64,000 nt of DNA from positions 806,001 through 870,000 of the forward strand of contig MU004190.1 in the NCBI GenBank assembly GCA_010093605.1, in the 5' to 3' direction. This document shows, one piece after another, positions 48,432-61,429 of this stretch (within the stretch, counting starts at the first letter, position 1; every line of letters begins with the position of its first letter). The notes beneath the pieces were generated by a model. It searched no databases and had not been told where the DNA came from. It was given only the letters and a program-made list of their open reading frames with translations. The position numbers and the translations under genes are program-made. Origin of the DNA: Lophium mytilinum (lineage: Eukaryota).

Positions 48432-48848
48432 TTATAGATACCTTCAGGTGTTTGTTACGAAGACTGAGTTGAGAGGAAACACTGAATATGGTAGATAGGT
48501 TACAATGAGCAAGACAAAGAGGTACGAAAGTTTACCATAAGAAGACGATGTCACTGGTACTCGCGAGATGGAATCAGAAACGTTTACAGGATCATATTGT
48601 ATTCATGTACAGTGACAAGCCACAAGTCTGGGCACACTGGTATGCCACTGCTTGGGGTACATCCACAGGGTTCCGAAGGCTCAAGGGCGATGTCCTGCTT
48701 CAAGCAGTGCAGAGTAGACTGCCTCTTAGCCAATTGCTTGCTCAGCAGCCGGGCTAGCCCTAAGAGTAGTGTTTAGTGAGCAAGTTGGAGCCGAGGTGTG
48801 TCCAGACTTGTGGCCTAGGACTGTAAACAGGGCAACCCTACGTTCGGT

Positions 48849-50121
48849 TTACTTCCAGAGAAGTACCGGCTTCAGCGTCTTCCCCGAACGCATATCTTCA
48901 AGAGCGGTTTGATAATCAGCCACAGGATACGTCTTGACCAGCTTTTCAAGTGGAAACCTCCCCTCAGCAATCTCACCAACGAGATACGGAATGAACTAAA
49001 CATCGCACGGTTAGCACATACCCCCAAGCCATATGAATCAAGCACTCACCTCTGGCGGGTTACTATCCCCCTCCGTACATCCCACATACGTCTTCCCCTG
49101 AGTCATCAGGTTCGTCGCATCCACCGCAATCTTCTTATTCATCCCCGTCACCCCAACCGTCGCCGCCTTGCCTAGTATTCCCAGCACATCAATCATCATC
49201 TCAATGACCGGCACCACCCCCGTCGCATCAATCGCATACTGCACCCCTCCCGTCGTCGTGGTAAGTTTCCGTATTTCCTCTGCGAGATTCTTATCGTCGC
49301 CTTTGAAGACATGCGTTGCGCCCAGCTCTTTCGCGAGATCGAGCCGTGACTCAACCAAGTCCACAGCAATGATAGGGGATGCGCCAATGTTCTTGGCTGC
49401 GATCAAGGCGCTCAGTCCTACGGCACCGGCACCGAAGATAGCGATGCTGGACCCTTTCTTCACGTCTAAGGTGTTGATGACGCAGCCGGCGCCGGTTTGG
49501 ATACCGCAGCCTAGTGGCGCGAGGAGAGCAAGGTTTGTGTCTTTCGGTACTTTGATGATGGAGTTCTCTTGTACAATTGCGTGCGAGGCGAAGCTTGACT
49601 GGCCAAAGAAACCTCCGAGGACATGGCTTGGATCTGTTTCGTCTTGCGTTGTGTAGAAGAACGTTCCGTCGGTTAAGCGGCGGCCGCCCATGTTATATGG
49701 GATGAAGTTTTGGCAGTAGGCTGGGTGTGCAGAGGAGCAAGAGTTACATGCGCCACAATGGTTGAAGCTGAGGAGCACAAAGTCCCCGGGTGAGAGCTTG
49801 GAGGTCAGGTCACTACCAACTTCGAGGATGGTGCCGGCGCCTGGGTAGGATTAGCGGAGGGTTTGATGTGGTTGTCAATATGACAAGAGAGTCTCATCCA
49901 AGAACAGACAATAATCTATAGAGCCTACCTTCATGTCCTAAGATATACGGGACAGGGAATGGCCCTTTCATGCAAGTGAGATCTGTATGGCAGATGCCCG
50001 TTGCGTGCATTTCCACCAGCACCTCTTTGGGCCCCGGGGTGCCGACATTGAGCGTCTCTAACTCTAGCGACCCATCAAAGTTCCTCAACACCAATGCTCT
50101 GGTCGTCCTTGAAGCCGACAT
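48849..50121 (-). CDS. Zinc-dependent MDR alcohol dehydrogenase, benzyl/aryl-alcohol (XylB/geraniol DH-like) type
   Basis: GICHTD, GHEGAG, structural Zn [34 protein letters not shown]; 2 introns. Confidence 0.9.
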
Positions 50122-50613
50122 TCTGCAGTATCAATCGCGTGTGTATTCAAGTCACGTGCAGAGGAGAAGAACGGCAGGGAGTCTAGCTTTGTAACTACAT
50201 CATGAGGGCATAATGTTAGCTTATTAACTATTGACGTGCAGGTGTCGCCTACCGTGATACGAATTTTGGCTCCTAGATTATGTTCCCCGCGAGTTGGCAA
50301 TGCGGGGGAATGTGTGGGGTTGGGGGATCGGAACGTCAGCTGAGTATGACGGCCAAACTGACTAAAGCGACTGGATCGAGCCAAGAATCATTAAGAGGCG
50401 GGGCCGGGGGCATTTCAAGACTGAATCAGTTGAGCTTGACTCAGTCGCCAGCTACTGATAAAACATATGCAAGGCTGTAAAGAGGTTGGATGTCTCGGAT
50501 ATATGAATGAAATATTACAACGTCCAACTGAAACGAATGCCAATCCATCGCTGGAACTTACATTCTTTATGTACAGGTTCAGAATTCTTGACAGAAACCT
50601 GGTCTGGCGACCT

Positions 50614-52886
50614 CTAAAGCATGCCGGCTGCATATTTCTCTGCGCTGAGAAATCTGGCTGGAATATCCACATATTTGGCCCGGATGTAGTCCGCAAACCC
50701 CTTTCCTAGCCCGTCAAGCAATGGCGTACTGCTGATACCCCGGCCTAGAGGTCCATACACGACGAAATGCACCGCCTTGATGTTCGGAAACTCGACTCTC
50801 TCTAAATAGTAATCGGGGGTCCAGTCGTCACCGATGAGCTCCTTCATCTTAGCACTTGTCAACAAGCTGCGAAGCCAATCATACTCCTCATCCGTATGGA
50901 CGAAAAGTCCAATGTTGACATTGGCGCCCTTATCACCAGACCGAGCAAGCACGATATCGCCAAGGGGTTTCGAGATCGTTTCTCCGAAGCTGCTCAGGTC
51001 CACTGGGTTTGTCGGTTCATAGCTAACTCGTTGCGCGAGAGGTTCGGTCTTCGATGGATGTCCAGAGTCGAACTTCTTTACCGAGAAGTTGTCCGCTGTG
51101 GCCTTTTTATCGAGGATGTGAACCCCCTCTTGCAGCCTGGCTTGCTCAATGACTCCGGGATAGTAGGTGAGAAATTCCTTAGGCAAAGCAGTTCGGAAGT
51201 CCATACTTCCGTGTGCTCCCGAATAATGTTGCATTCCGTTGTACATCTGAGCTTTCAACAGTCCGTAGAGAGTCATCTGTTTTTCAGACTGCGCGAAAAT
51301 GCGGACTTGCGTCGTTCCTCGAATTTGGCTCTTTGGATTCGTTTCCGGAACTCCAATTCTACACCCAAGCATTAGCGACACCTCCACACGGGAGCCTGCA
51401 TAGATTCGCGCACCGCTGAAATTCAAGGATGTCAAAATCGTCAAGCTGACCAGTCTGCCGTAACCGGTTCCTGATTTGGTATTCGTGAATCTCAAACTTT
51501 CGCCCAATAGACTCGGGTGTACCGGTCGCAGCCATGAGCATCTCGCATTGGTAACCTCCCTTGTAGAAAACCGCTAGCTTCGTAGTTGGTGGAGGAGGCA
51601 GACCTTTCGTGCCCGAGACGAATACTCTACGAGAATTGTCAGCATATGCCTCTAACCATTTCGAAAACGAGATTTACCTATCCTTGCCGATCTCTTTTAT
51701 TGAAATGTTTTTCAGATCTGCCTTCACACAGCTGTTGAGATAATGCTCGCCCTGGATTTCATAGAGCAGCTGGCACCTGATAGTATCTTCGGTGACGAAC
51801 CCATTCTGCTGTGGATGCTTCGTGATAACGCAGTCGCCGTTCGCGTGGATCTCTGCAATTGGAAGTGCGATGTTTTCGAGTTCCTCAGTAGCGTACTTTT
51901 CGAACCCAGAGAAATTGGCTCCTGTGGCATATGCGGAGCACTCAATTAGATGGCCAGCAACCAAGCCTCCAGCCAGCTGGTCAAAGTCGGTATCGCTCCA
52001 TTGATGCCACCATTGCGCTATGCCAATCACTGGTGACGCGTCTGCAACTCTTCCGCCTGGACATCTAGTAAGCATGTGTCGGTGACTTGGTGCCATAGAG
52101 CTTACACATAATGAGGTCTGCGCCCTCATCCAAGCCTTTTTTGATAGCGCGAGCTCCTAGATAGGCGTTGGCGCTCACAATTGGCTTATTGGGGTTTCCG
52201 ACAAAGTTGTCCGTATCTTTGGCCAGCTTGACGTTCGGATTCAATTCGTCCAAGTGGGGAACAAGGCCGCCATCCTTCAATATATCCTCTATGCTATCCA
52301 TCAAGTTGTCGCCTACTACGTAAGCTACTGTGAGGTCATATCCTTTTTCGTCAATCTTTTGAGGTTAGCTAAAGAACGTGCGTCATCCGAACTGGAAGCT
52401 GATCGAACCATTTTCTTAACCTCCTTCGCAAGGCCTGCGGGATTCAGCGCGCCGGCGTTTAGCACGACTTTGATTTTGTGCTTGTTGATCAATTCGAGGG
52501 TCAACTTGAACCCGTCTAGTGCCGTTTGCTCATATCCGGGATGTTTCCCAGCTTTGTACGCTTCCGCATTGTTGGCCAGATTGATCTCTAGATCGAAAGT
52601 ATAGTCAACATTTGGATTTCAAGTCCCAGTCTACGATTACAATATGTGTTTTGTTTAAAAAAGTGATAATAGATCCAGGGTTCCATACCCGCAAGGTAGT
52701 CGCCAGTGATGGCGTCGATGGGCCCATTATTCGCCTGATTGAACATGAACTCGCCAGGATCGCCTGTGAAAATCAGCCACTCTGTCACTCAAATGCGCAA
52801 TAGCAAGATTGCAAGACGTTCGACGTACAATTTGCTCCCGAGCAATCGGCGACGCGGACCGGACGTTTTGCTTCATCTACAGCCAT
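50614..52886 (-). CDS. AtuA/DUF1446 (acyclic terpene utilisation) family protein, multi-exon
   Basis: RPVRVADCSG, GDYLAE, NAYLGA, GRVADAS, AGHLIECS, QLLYEIQG, ARSGDKG, DGLGKGFADY. Confidence 0.88.
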
Positions 52887-53744
52887 GGTTGCTTCGAATA
52901 TTCCAGATAGCCCGCAGAGAAATTAGACGCGACTTTCTTCGCCAACCTCAAGCACATCCCCGAAGTCTTCTTAAGCATTTCCGGCGCGACAGAGTGGTGT
53001 GGTTCGGTGCAGCGGGCACCAATTCTGGCCGTGGTTAGCAACGTGATCCCCCACTAGGAATGTGGGACTCGGAAACATACTGACTGTACCGATGGGTCGT
53101 AATCCGAATCGCCATTGTTTGTTGCAGGAACTTTGAAAAGAATGCGGGAAATCGGCATTTTAAAATGCCTCGCGGCCACCGTCAGTGCTGTGGATTTAAT
53201 TCAAAGCAAAAAGCCACTGGCTGAAGGAGGGTTCCAGCCTTCCATTACAGCTGTCCCCCGCATCAAAGCTAACCCGCAGTGGAGCTACCCCAGACTGTGG
53301 CATTGAGCATTGACTTTCCCCGCGTCGTTCATTGGTGGCCGAGGAACGGAGATACACATTTGGTGAGGGAAATGTCTGACAGGGACGCATCTGACAGCAC
53401 CTTTAGAACGCCGGCGTAACATGAATCATGATCCAAACATTAGACCGCAGCCGAGTGGACGCTTGCTGACGGTGGCTTGCAGCCGATGCATAAAGTCCGA
53501 ATAACTTCATAGTCGTTCATAAGATAAAAGCTCCCCAAGCCAAGTAAAAACAAAGGGTTCCTGATTCAGCAGTCTTGATTCAGCTGATATGGTCAGGTCA
53601 CCGGAGGTTCTTCGGGAACCATTTGTTCCTCCCAAATAGGGATAGTCGGATCTAGAATGCTGTGCAATTGTAGTTTTAAGTATCGCTTTCCATTATGTCT
53701 GATTTTCTCTATTTTCAGCAGTGTCTTCGTTACGAGTCTTCATC

Positions 53745-56286
53745 ATGTCTTCCAAAAAGCCATTCAAAGTGGTTATCATCGGTGGGAGTGTCTCTGGCCT
53801 CACCATGGCGCACACACTAGAGAGAGCGGGCATCGAATATGTTCTTCTCGAAAGAGGTTCAGAGGTCACCTTCAATGGTGGCGCTAGTATTGGATTGCAG
53901 CCTCATGGGCTGCGTATTATGGACCAAATGGGAATGTATGAGGACATTCTCAAGACGACCGCACCAATGATACGAGCGGACCATCGGCGTCCAGACGGTA
54001 CACCTATTGCGAAATCAGAATTCATGCTGCAGATAGAAGAAAGGTACCAGAAGAAAAAGAGCTTCGTGACTTGTAGTATTGCTGATTGCTCCAAATAGAC
54101 ACGGATATCCAATTTTGTTCTTCGAGCGAGCAGAGATGCTCGAGATCCTATATAACCACTTGCCCGACAAGTCCAAGATCCTGTGTTCGAAGAAAGTCGT
54201 GGATATCCAAAGTAATTCGGAAGTTGCTACCGCCATCACGGAAGACGGGACGAAATATATCGCAGATATGATCATTGGCGCAGACGGGGTGAATAGCACC
54301 ACGAGGAAGATGATGTGGAATATGATGGCAGACACAGATCCCGATCTTGTTCAGAAAGAAGCGACATCAATGTTCTCAGATTATTCCTGCACTTTTGGGG
54401 TCTCAATCTTCGAAAGCGACGATCCGGAACTGCGCCCAGGCGTCAGTCATATCAACTACGGCGAAAAGCAATCGCATATTTGCATCATATCCACCCGGAA
54501 TAGGAAGTTCTGGTTCTTGATACTGAAACATGACAAGAGATACTATGCTCCGAACATTCCACGATATACGGCGGCAGATCTTGAGGCTTCTGTCCTGAAG
54601 CATAGCGGCGTCCGGGTGACCGAACACTCCACACTCGGAGATTTATGGAAGCACAGGTCAAAGTGTACCATGGTCTGTCTTGAGGAAGCCATGTTTGATC
54701 GATGGTCGCATGATCGCCTGGTGCTGCTAGGAGATTCCGTACACAAGGTTACTCCCAATGCCGGCCATGGCGGAAATACCGCGATTGAAAGCGCCACTGT
54801 CCTCGCAAATCTCCTCTACGAAGCCAAAATGGGAACCAGAAAAGGCGCATCTTTGTCCCATGAAGGCCTATTAGCCATTTTTCAAGAGTATCAAGCGAGC
54901 CGAGAGGTCAGGGTCGCCAACGCATGTCAAAAATCATCTGCCGCGACGCGACTCCAGGCCATGGATAACCTCCTCTGGAAATCGGGAGCCCTCCAAATCG
55001 TTCCAATGCTCGGCGAGGACATGGAAGTCAATGCGGCCTCGTCGCTTATAATGGGCGGGGAGCCGCTGAAGTTCGTTGCGTATAAGGGGAAGCAAGGCTC
55101 GATTCCATGGGATGGTTGGGACCTAACTACGCTGGCTGATTCCGAAAAGAGATCTTTCTTTGACTCAGTTTTGGGATATTCCATATATCTTGCCTTACCG
55201 CTACTCTTACTCTGGACGCTGCGGGAAACGTCGGTCTGGACAGTGCCTGATTTCTCATTAGCAAACGGCTTCAACGGAACAAGATGGACTGAAGCCTCTC
55301 CCGCCGATAACAGTTATTTTCCGTCTACGAATACCTCGAACCCTTGGTGCTTGATTTCAGCATGCGTAGAAATATTATCAATTGGCCTGATGATGGCTGT
55401 AGAAGGATTCCGGGCCAGCGAACCATGGAAATTCCGTCTAGAGTAAGAGTCCTCCAATTTATTACTTTGCGTAGCTAATTAGGGGGCCAGTGTCCTGGCT
55501 GCTATTGGCGCATTCCGCTTTGGTGGTCTTGGAGTAGTCGGTGCACTATATTTCCTCGCGCATGGCGTGGAAAGCTACATTTCGCCAGGACCGGACGCTC
55601 GTGGACATGTTGTGCCCTTAGCCGTGGCTAGAGCCCTACCAAAGGCCTTCTTCACCAGCATGATAGTCACGCTCGTGCTGATCGGGAAATTGCCTGAAAG
55701 AGTTCTCCGGGTCGACCCAGGCACGTCGGAATATATCTTGAGGGCACTGATACAGGTCTTACCGGTCCTCCCTACTCTTCTGATCCGAGCATTCACGATA
55801 TTTGGCCAATCTTATGCTAGAAAGCCGATGATGGGCCATGCGGATGTCGAAACCCTCCAAGTTGCATACGTAATCTCCGGGCTGGTCTCGGCGGTAGCCC
55901 ACGGGTCCAGTTTGTTGTACGGTGTCGTGACCTACATTACGCAAGAAGAAGGCAACTTGAATGGAAGATGGCTCCTCGAAACGCTCCTAGGGGCTACCGG
56001 TCTCAACGGCGAGTTACGGTCCACGTACGTCTACTTCACAGCCGCTGCCATTTTCTGGGTGTTCTGGTCGTGTAGAATGGCCATTCCAGTGGAAGCTCGC
56101 ACCATCGGTTCCAAGTTGACATTAGCCCTGGCTATTGGAGTAGGCGTTGTGGTCGTTGGACCAGGCGCAACCACTTCCTTCCTTTGGCTATGGAGGGAGG
56201 ACAAAACACGCTGCGACAAGGCCGCCGCACTAAGGTTCCAGAAGAACCTTGACAGACCTGACTTCTTGTCCGGCGAAACGAATTGA
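53745..56286 (+). CDS. FAD-dependent monooxygenase (PaxM-like epoxidase family) fused to a C-terminal multi-TM domain; about 812 aa
   Basis: Exons 53745-54043, 54099-55442 and 55491-56286 join in frame. IIGGSVSGL, GADG, LLGDSVHKVTPNAGHGGNTAIES; C-terminal VEGFR..GLGVVGALYF..H and GPGA..WLWRE. Confidence 0.85.
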
Positions 56287-56775
56287 TGAGAGACCTCGAT
56301 AGTCATTGAAGCAATGATGCTAGTGATGAGGACGAAGTAGTTGGGAGAAGATTTCATCTCATGATGAAATATACGCATAGCGTGCTCAGAAGTCAAAGAC
56401 TAGTGACCTTCCTAAAGCGTCGACTCATATTACGTTCCTCTTATACATGCCTTATCATGAACCCAGAAGCTACCAATAAGCAATAGTGAAGATCGTCGCA
56501 AACCCCTCGGCGCCACTGACAATGCAAGACGCATATTCAAGGTCATCTAAGCGTGAGCCGCGCGAAGAGGAGCCCAAGAGCGTCATTGACTTGAAACCCG
56601 CCATTCAGACTTCACGCAGCACCCTGCGGCCCCAGGGATACCAGAGAAGGCTCACAGATGCGGCAGATGAAGATGAAAGGAATGGTACCCCAACTGTAGA
56701 GACTTAGATGTCCAACTTCAGCGCTCTCAGATTCTACCTCATATCAAACTGCTCTATATTCCAGGATTCAAGACC

Positions 56776-58561
56776 ATGGCTTTAGCGTCTATCTGTTTTA
56801 CTATTGCTGCATATACGCTGGTATATAGCGGTCTCTTCACACCACACGTTCATGCACATCCAGCATACGGGTGCGCGAACGAGACGACCATCAATGGAGT
56901 CACGTTCCCGGCCCTGATTGAAGCAACGACGGAAGATCTTATAACGGGCCTCGAATCGAAGCTCTTCACAAGTGTCGACCTCGTCAATGTAAGACAAATA
57001 TTCGAGGATACTACGTATTAGTACTAACAGAATCAGGCCTACATAGCGAGGATCCACGAAATGAACTCGACTCTGCACATGGTCACTGAGCTTAATCCCG
57101 ACGCGCTCAGCATTGCCGCAGAGCTCGATGCGGAGCGTTCCAATGGCACGAATAGAGGGTAGGCCACTTAAAGTAATCGAGGAAGAGAGTCACTGACTAA
57201 ACTACAGTCCCCTTCATGGTATCCCCATTCTAATCAAAAACAATATCGCCACCGCAGACAAGATGAACAATACGGCCGGGTCCTATGCTCTTCTTGGAGC
57301 AAAAGTACCACGCGACTCTACCATAGCAGCTAAACTGCGAAAAGCCGGTGCTGTCATTCTGGGGAAAACCAACCTCAGCCAGTGGGCCAATTACAGGAGT
57401 ACCAACACCTCCAACGGATGGTCTGCCCAAGGCGGGCAGACCTACGCCGCGTACTACCCAGGTCAAGATCCATCTGGCTCATCTTCAGGCTCCGGCGTAT
57501 CATCATCTCTTGGCCTTGCGCTTGCGGCCCTAGGCACCGAGACAGACGGCTCAATCGTTAGCCCATCGGAGAACAATAACTTAATAGGCATCAAACCTAC
57601 TGTCGGCCTGACCTCCAGATCGCTAGTGATTCCGATATCCCAGCACCAGGACACAGTTGGACCCATGGCACGAACGGTAAAAGACGCCGCCTACCTCCTC
57701 CAAGCCATTGCCGGAAAAGACGTCCACGACAACTACACCTCCGCAATCCCCTTCGACAGCCTGCCAGACTACGTAGCCTCCTGTAACTTCTCCGCACTTG
57801 CCGGAAAGCGCATCGGAGTCCCCCGCAACGACATATACGAAGTCAACAATGTTACCTTCCCCATAATCGACGCTTTTAACACAGCTCTCAAGGTTCTAGA
57901 AGCCGCCGGCGCCACCATCGTCGACCCGACAAACTACACAGCCTGGGACGCCTTTTTCAGCAGCACCAGCGAGACCTGCGTTCTAGACACCGACTTCGTC
58001 TCCGACCTGAAATCGTACCTAGACCAGCTGATCTACAACCCCACCGGCGTGGAGACCCTAGCAGACGTCCGCGCATTCACGCATAGCTTCGGCGCAGAAG
58101 ACTACCCAGACCGCAACACCGCCGAGTGGGATCGGGCGTTGAACGTAACATTCAACAACACGTCTCCGGAGTTCTGGGATTGCTACCAGCGGGACCTGTA
58201 CCTTGGCGGTACAGGTGGGCTCCTCGGGGCGTTGAAGAACTACTCGCTTGACGTGATTGTCATACCGACGTTTTTCTCGTCTTCCATCTCTGCGATTATC
58301 GGCGCTCCGGTTGTGACGGTGCCGCTGGGGTCATACCCGCCGAATACAACAGTAGTGACGAATAAGAGGGGCGATCTTAATGCCACGGCGCCGAACATTC
58401 CGTTCGGGATCTCGTTTGCGGGGGCTAAGTGGAGCGAGGCGGACTTGATCGGGTACGCGTACGCGTTTGAGCAGAGAACGAAGGTGAGGGATACTATTCA
58501 GCCGTACATCAAGCCGACGACGGAGTTGAGCGATGTAGTGGCGAAGCGCAAGGCTAGATGA
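56776..58561 (+). CDS. Secreted amidase (amidase signature family)
   Basis: Signal peptide; PLHGIPILIKNN, GKTNLSQWA, SGSSSGSG, GTETDGSIVSP, GIKPTVG; 2 introns. Confidence 0.92.
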
Positions 58562-58743
58562 TAAACAAGGCACTGGATGAGAGACATTGAAACATTCATC
58601 GAGCAACTATCCTGGTTTGATGGGTATCATGAATCTCAACCACTACTTAGATAGCTCAATTGAGAGCCTAGGCTTTACACTAAAGTTTGCCTAGTATAGT
58701 CAAACCTTCGTTACCTCGCTTTGTCCGAGAGGGCATCATTCCA

Positions 58744-61429
58744 TTAGTACTCCGTGATGCTATTCGTGCACTTGTGAATGAAGGCACGAACAAGGTCCTG
58801 CACCGTTAGTGTCAAAGAATGCTGTAAACAACGTGGGGAAGGTGTTACCTTGAAATCACAAACCGGCATCGACCCAAATACGGGGTTATTCTTGAGCTTC
58901 AATTGAGTCGACCTCGGGCTTGCGATGCCAAACGCAACCCTCGCAAGGAACAGCGGGTCATCTTGAGGACATACTTTCAGGATCCTATCCATCATGGCTG
59001 GATCTGGTTGCTGTGGCGGGACCTGTGGAAGCACCACTTGTTGATGCGTCTCACACCAGGTGCAATGGCCGCATTCGTCCGGCAGGCCCTTCGAATCATC
59101 GGCAAAGTATGCAGCGAGAGCGCGGGAAAAGCACTTTTTCCCGGTGACAAGGCCAACGACTTCTTTAGTCCTCTGGAGGGCCTGGCTTTCACGATCCACC
59201 ATCTCGGAGTAGAGCTTGTCCGCAATGGCGTTGATCTCTGCGTCAGTAGAGGGCAGCTTGCGTTGCACAATGTATACATTCTGCACACCGCTTGTCTTTA
59301 GAGAGATAATGCCGCTCTCATTCCACTTGCTGAGCTTGCCAACGATGTCCGCTCGCACGAGTCCAGGTTTACTCGATACGACGTCTACGTCGACAGTGAG
59401 ATACTTCTTCGCTTTCAAAGCGGAAGCCCTAATTGATTTGGCTGCGAGGTCATTGTCGGCGTGGTGGTAAGCTCCATAGTCAGTGATCTCATACTGATAT
59501 TTGCTATAGATCGGAGTAGTGGCACGAATGAAGCTGAACTGTAATTCCAGCTGAGCATAAATGACACTGAGAGGGGAGCTCTGAAATATCGTTAGTGGCG
59601 TAGACATGGAACGGCGATCTAGCAGAATTACCTTGATGTCAAAAGCATTGCATTGTGCCGTATGCGATGCGGAGAATTTCTCCCCGATACCAAGTGCAAC
59701 GTTCTCGGGAGAGAAAACCTCCCTCAGGAAGTTGCGGATAGAGACCTTGGAAGGAAGATCCCCGTAGGTGAACACATTTCGAAGGTAGAAGTCATCCGGG
59801 GAGAGGAAAAACATGCAAACGCTCTGTTTACCATCTCTGCCGGCTCTCCCGATCTGCTGAGAGTATTCTTCTACGCTTTGTGGGATATTGTAGTGGACTA
59901 TGTTGCGGATGTTGGATTTGTCTATCCCCATGCCAAAGGCGATCGTCGCTACTATCTTGAAAACGTCAGTACTCAGATCCTCGCCAGGTGCGAAGATAAA
60001 TCGAATGCGGACTACAAACTTACAATCATGTCTTCGTTCTGCATGAATCTGTCTTGTACTTGGGTCTTCTTCTCGGTCAGCATCCCGGCATGAAATGATT
60101 CGGCTTTGAACCCTTCACTACAAAGTTCTCCTGCAAGAGCTTCTGTTTGCTGCAGTATTCTTAGTTTTAAGCCAGTATTGGAAGAAGAAAGTCTTACCTT
60201 TTGCACGGTAACGTAAATGATAGTCGGCCCAGAATGCTTCCTCAGAAATTTAATCAGCTCCGGGTAGCTGTCGTCTTTGGAAGCCGACGAACTGGCTAGT
60301 AGGCGCAAGCTACAATAGAGCGGTTAAAGACCATAGTTTAGAATGGTTGAGACCAAAGGGAAACCTACTTTGGTCGATACATGGGAGTTCTGAACAGCCC
60401 GGTCGTCGGACTGATACCGAAAGTAGTGCAAATGTCCGTCGCGACCTTAGGTGTGGCTGTTGCTGTAAGACAGATCACTCTCTCAGCTTTAATCTCGGTC
60501 GCGAATCGGGCCACTATTCCTCGTGCATATTGTCAACGACTAGTCAAAGCTAGATAGAGCAGGGAAAGGGTAAACACCATGGGCGTATGAAAAGACTGAC
60601 CTTTCAGATAATCCGGCCTAAACGAATGGCCCCACTAGACCGCATTAGAGATGGCCTTTCAAGATCACGTTATAATATGATTAAGTTGTATCATACCTCT
60701 GAGACACAATGAGCCTCATCCACGGCTAGTAAACGGACGCCACCGCGCACCAACTTCATGGATTCCACGAAGCCCTCGTTATTCAGTCGTTCTGGTGCGC
60801 AATATAGCAGCTTTAAGGTGCCGTTTTGGAGGTCCTGGTTAGTCTGAATGAATTGCTCTCTCGTCCTAGTAGAGTCCAGGACGGCAGCTTTGACTTTCCG
60901 GCGAACGAGAGCGTCCACCTGGTCTTTCATAAGCGCGATTAGTGGAGATACGACGATGGTGATGCCCCCATCATGGGGTGCGCGATCTCCGGATTGCTTG
61001 TCCAGCTCGCCAAACACCAACGCGGGAATCTGAACTTGTTGGTTAGAAAAAAGATAGTGATAATGCTTCGATATATTGGAATGAGGTGATCCTTACCTGA
61101 TAGCAAAGGCTCTTGCCGCCTCCAGTAGGAAAGATAACCGTCGCGCTTCCGCCGTCCAAGAGCCGAGAGATGACCGCAGCTTGTTCAAGCCGGAATGCAT
61201 CGAAGCCAAAGTTCTCTTTAAGAGCTTTCAGAGCTAATTGCTTGTTCCTATCTGAACCTCGAGCAGAAAGAAGCTCCGGTGGCGGCTTTTTGGAGAGCGG
61301 GAGATCGTTGTTGGCGTCCGTACTATCGCGGCTTCGCTTGCGACTGGAGTTGGGGTTCGAAATGGCTTGCGCCGCTTCAAACAACGCGTCATCATCGTCA
61401 GAATCGAAGCCAAACTCGTCGTCGGACAT
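58744..61429 (-). CDS. RecQ family DNA helicase (compact, non-Sgs1 type), multi-exon
   Basis: [53 protein letters not shown], Zn motif CGHCTWC. Confidence 0.92.

Noticed and set aside
40107..58561. Classical secondary-metabolite biosynthetic cluster
   Set aside because: No PKS, NRPS, terpene synthase or prenyltransferase in the window, and housekeeping genes flank the region on both sides.
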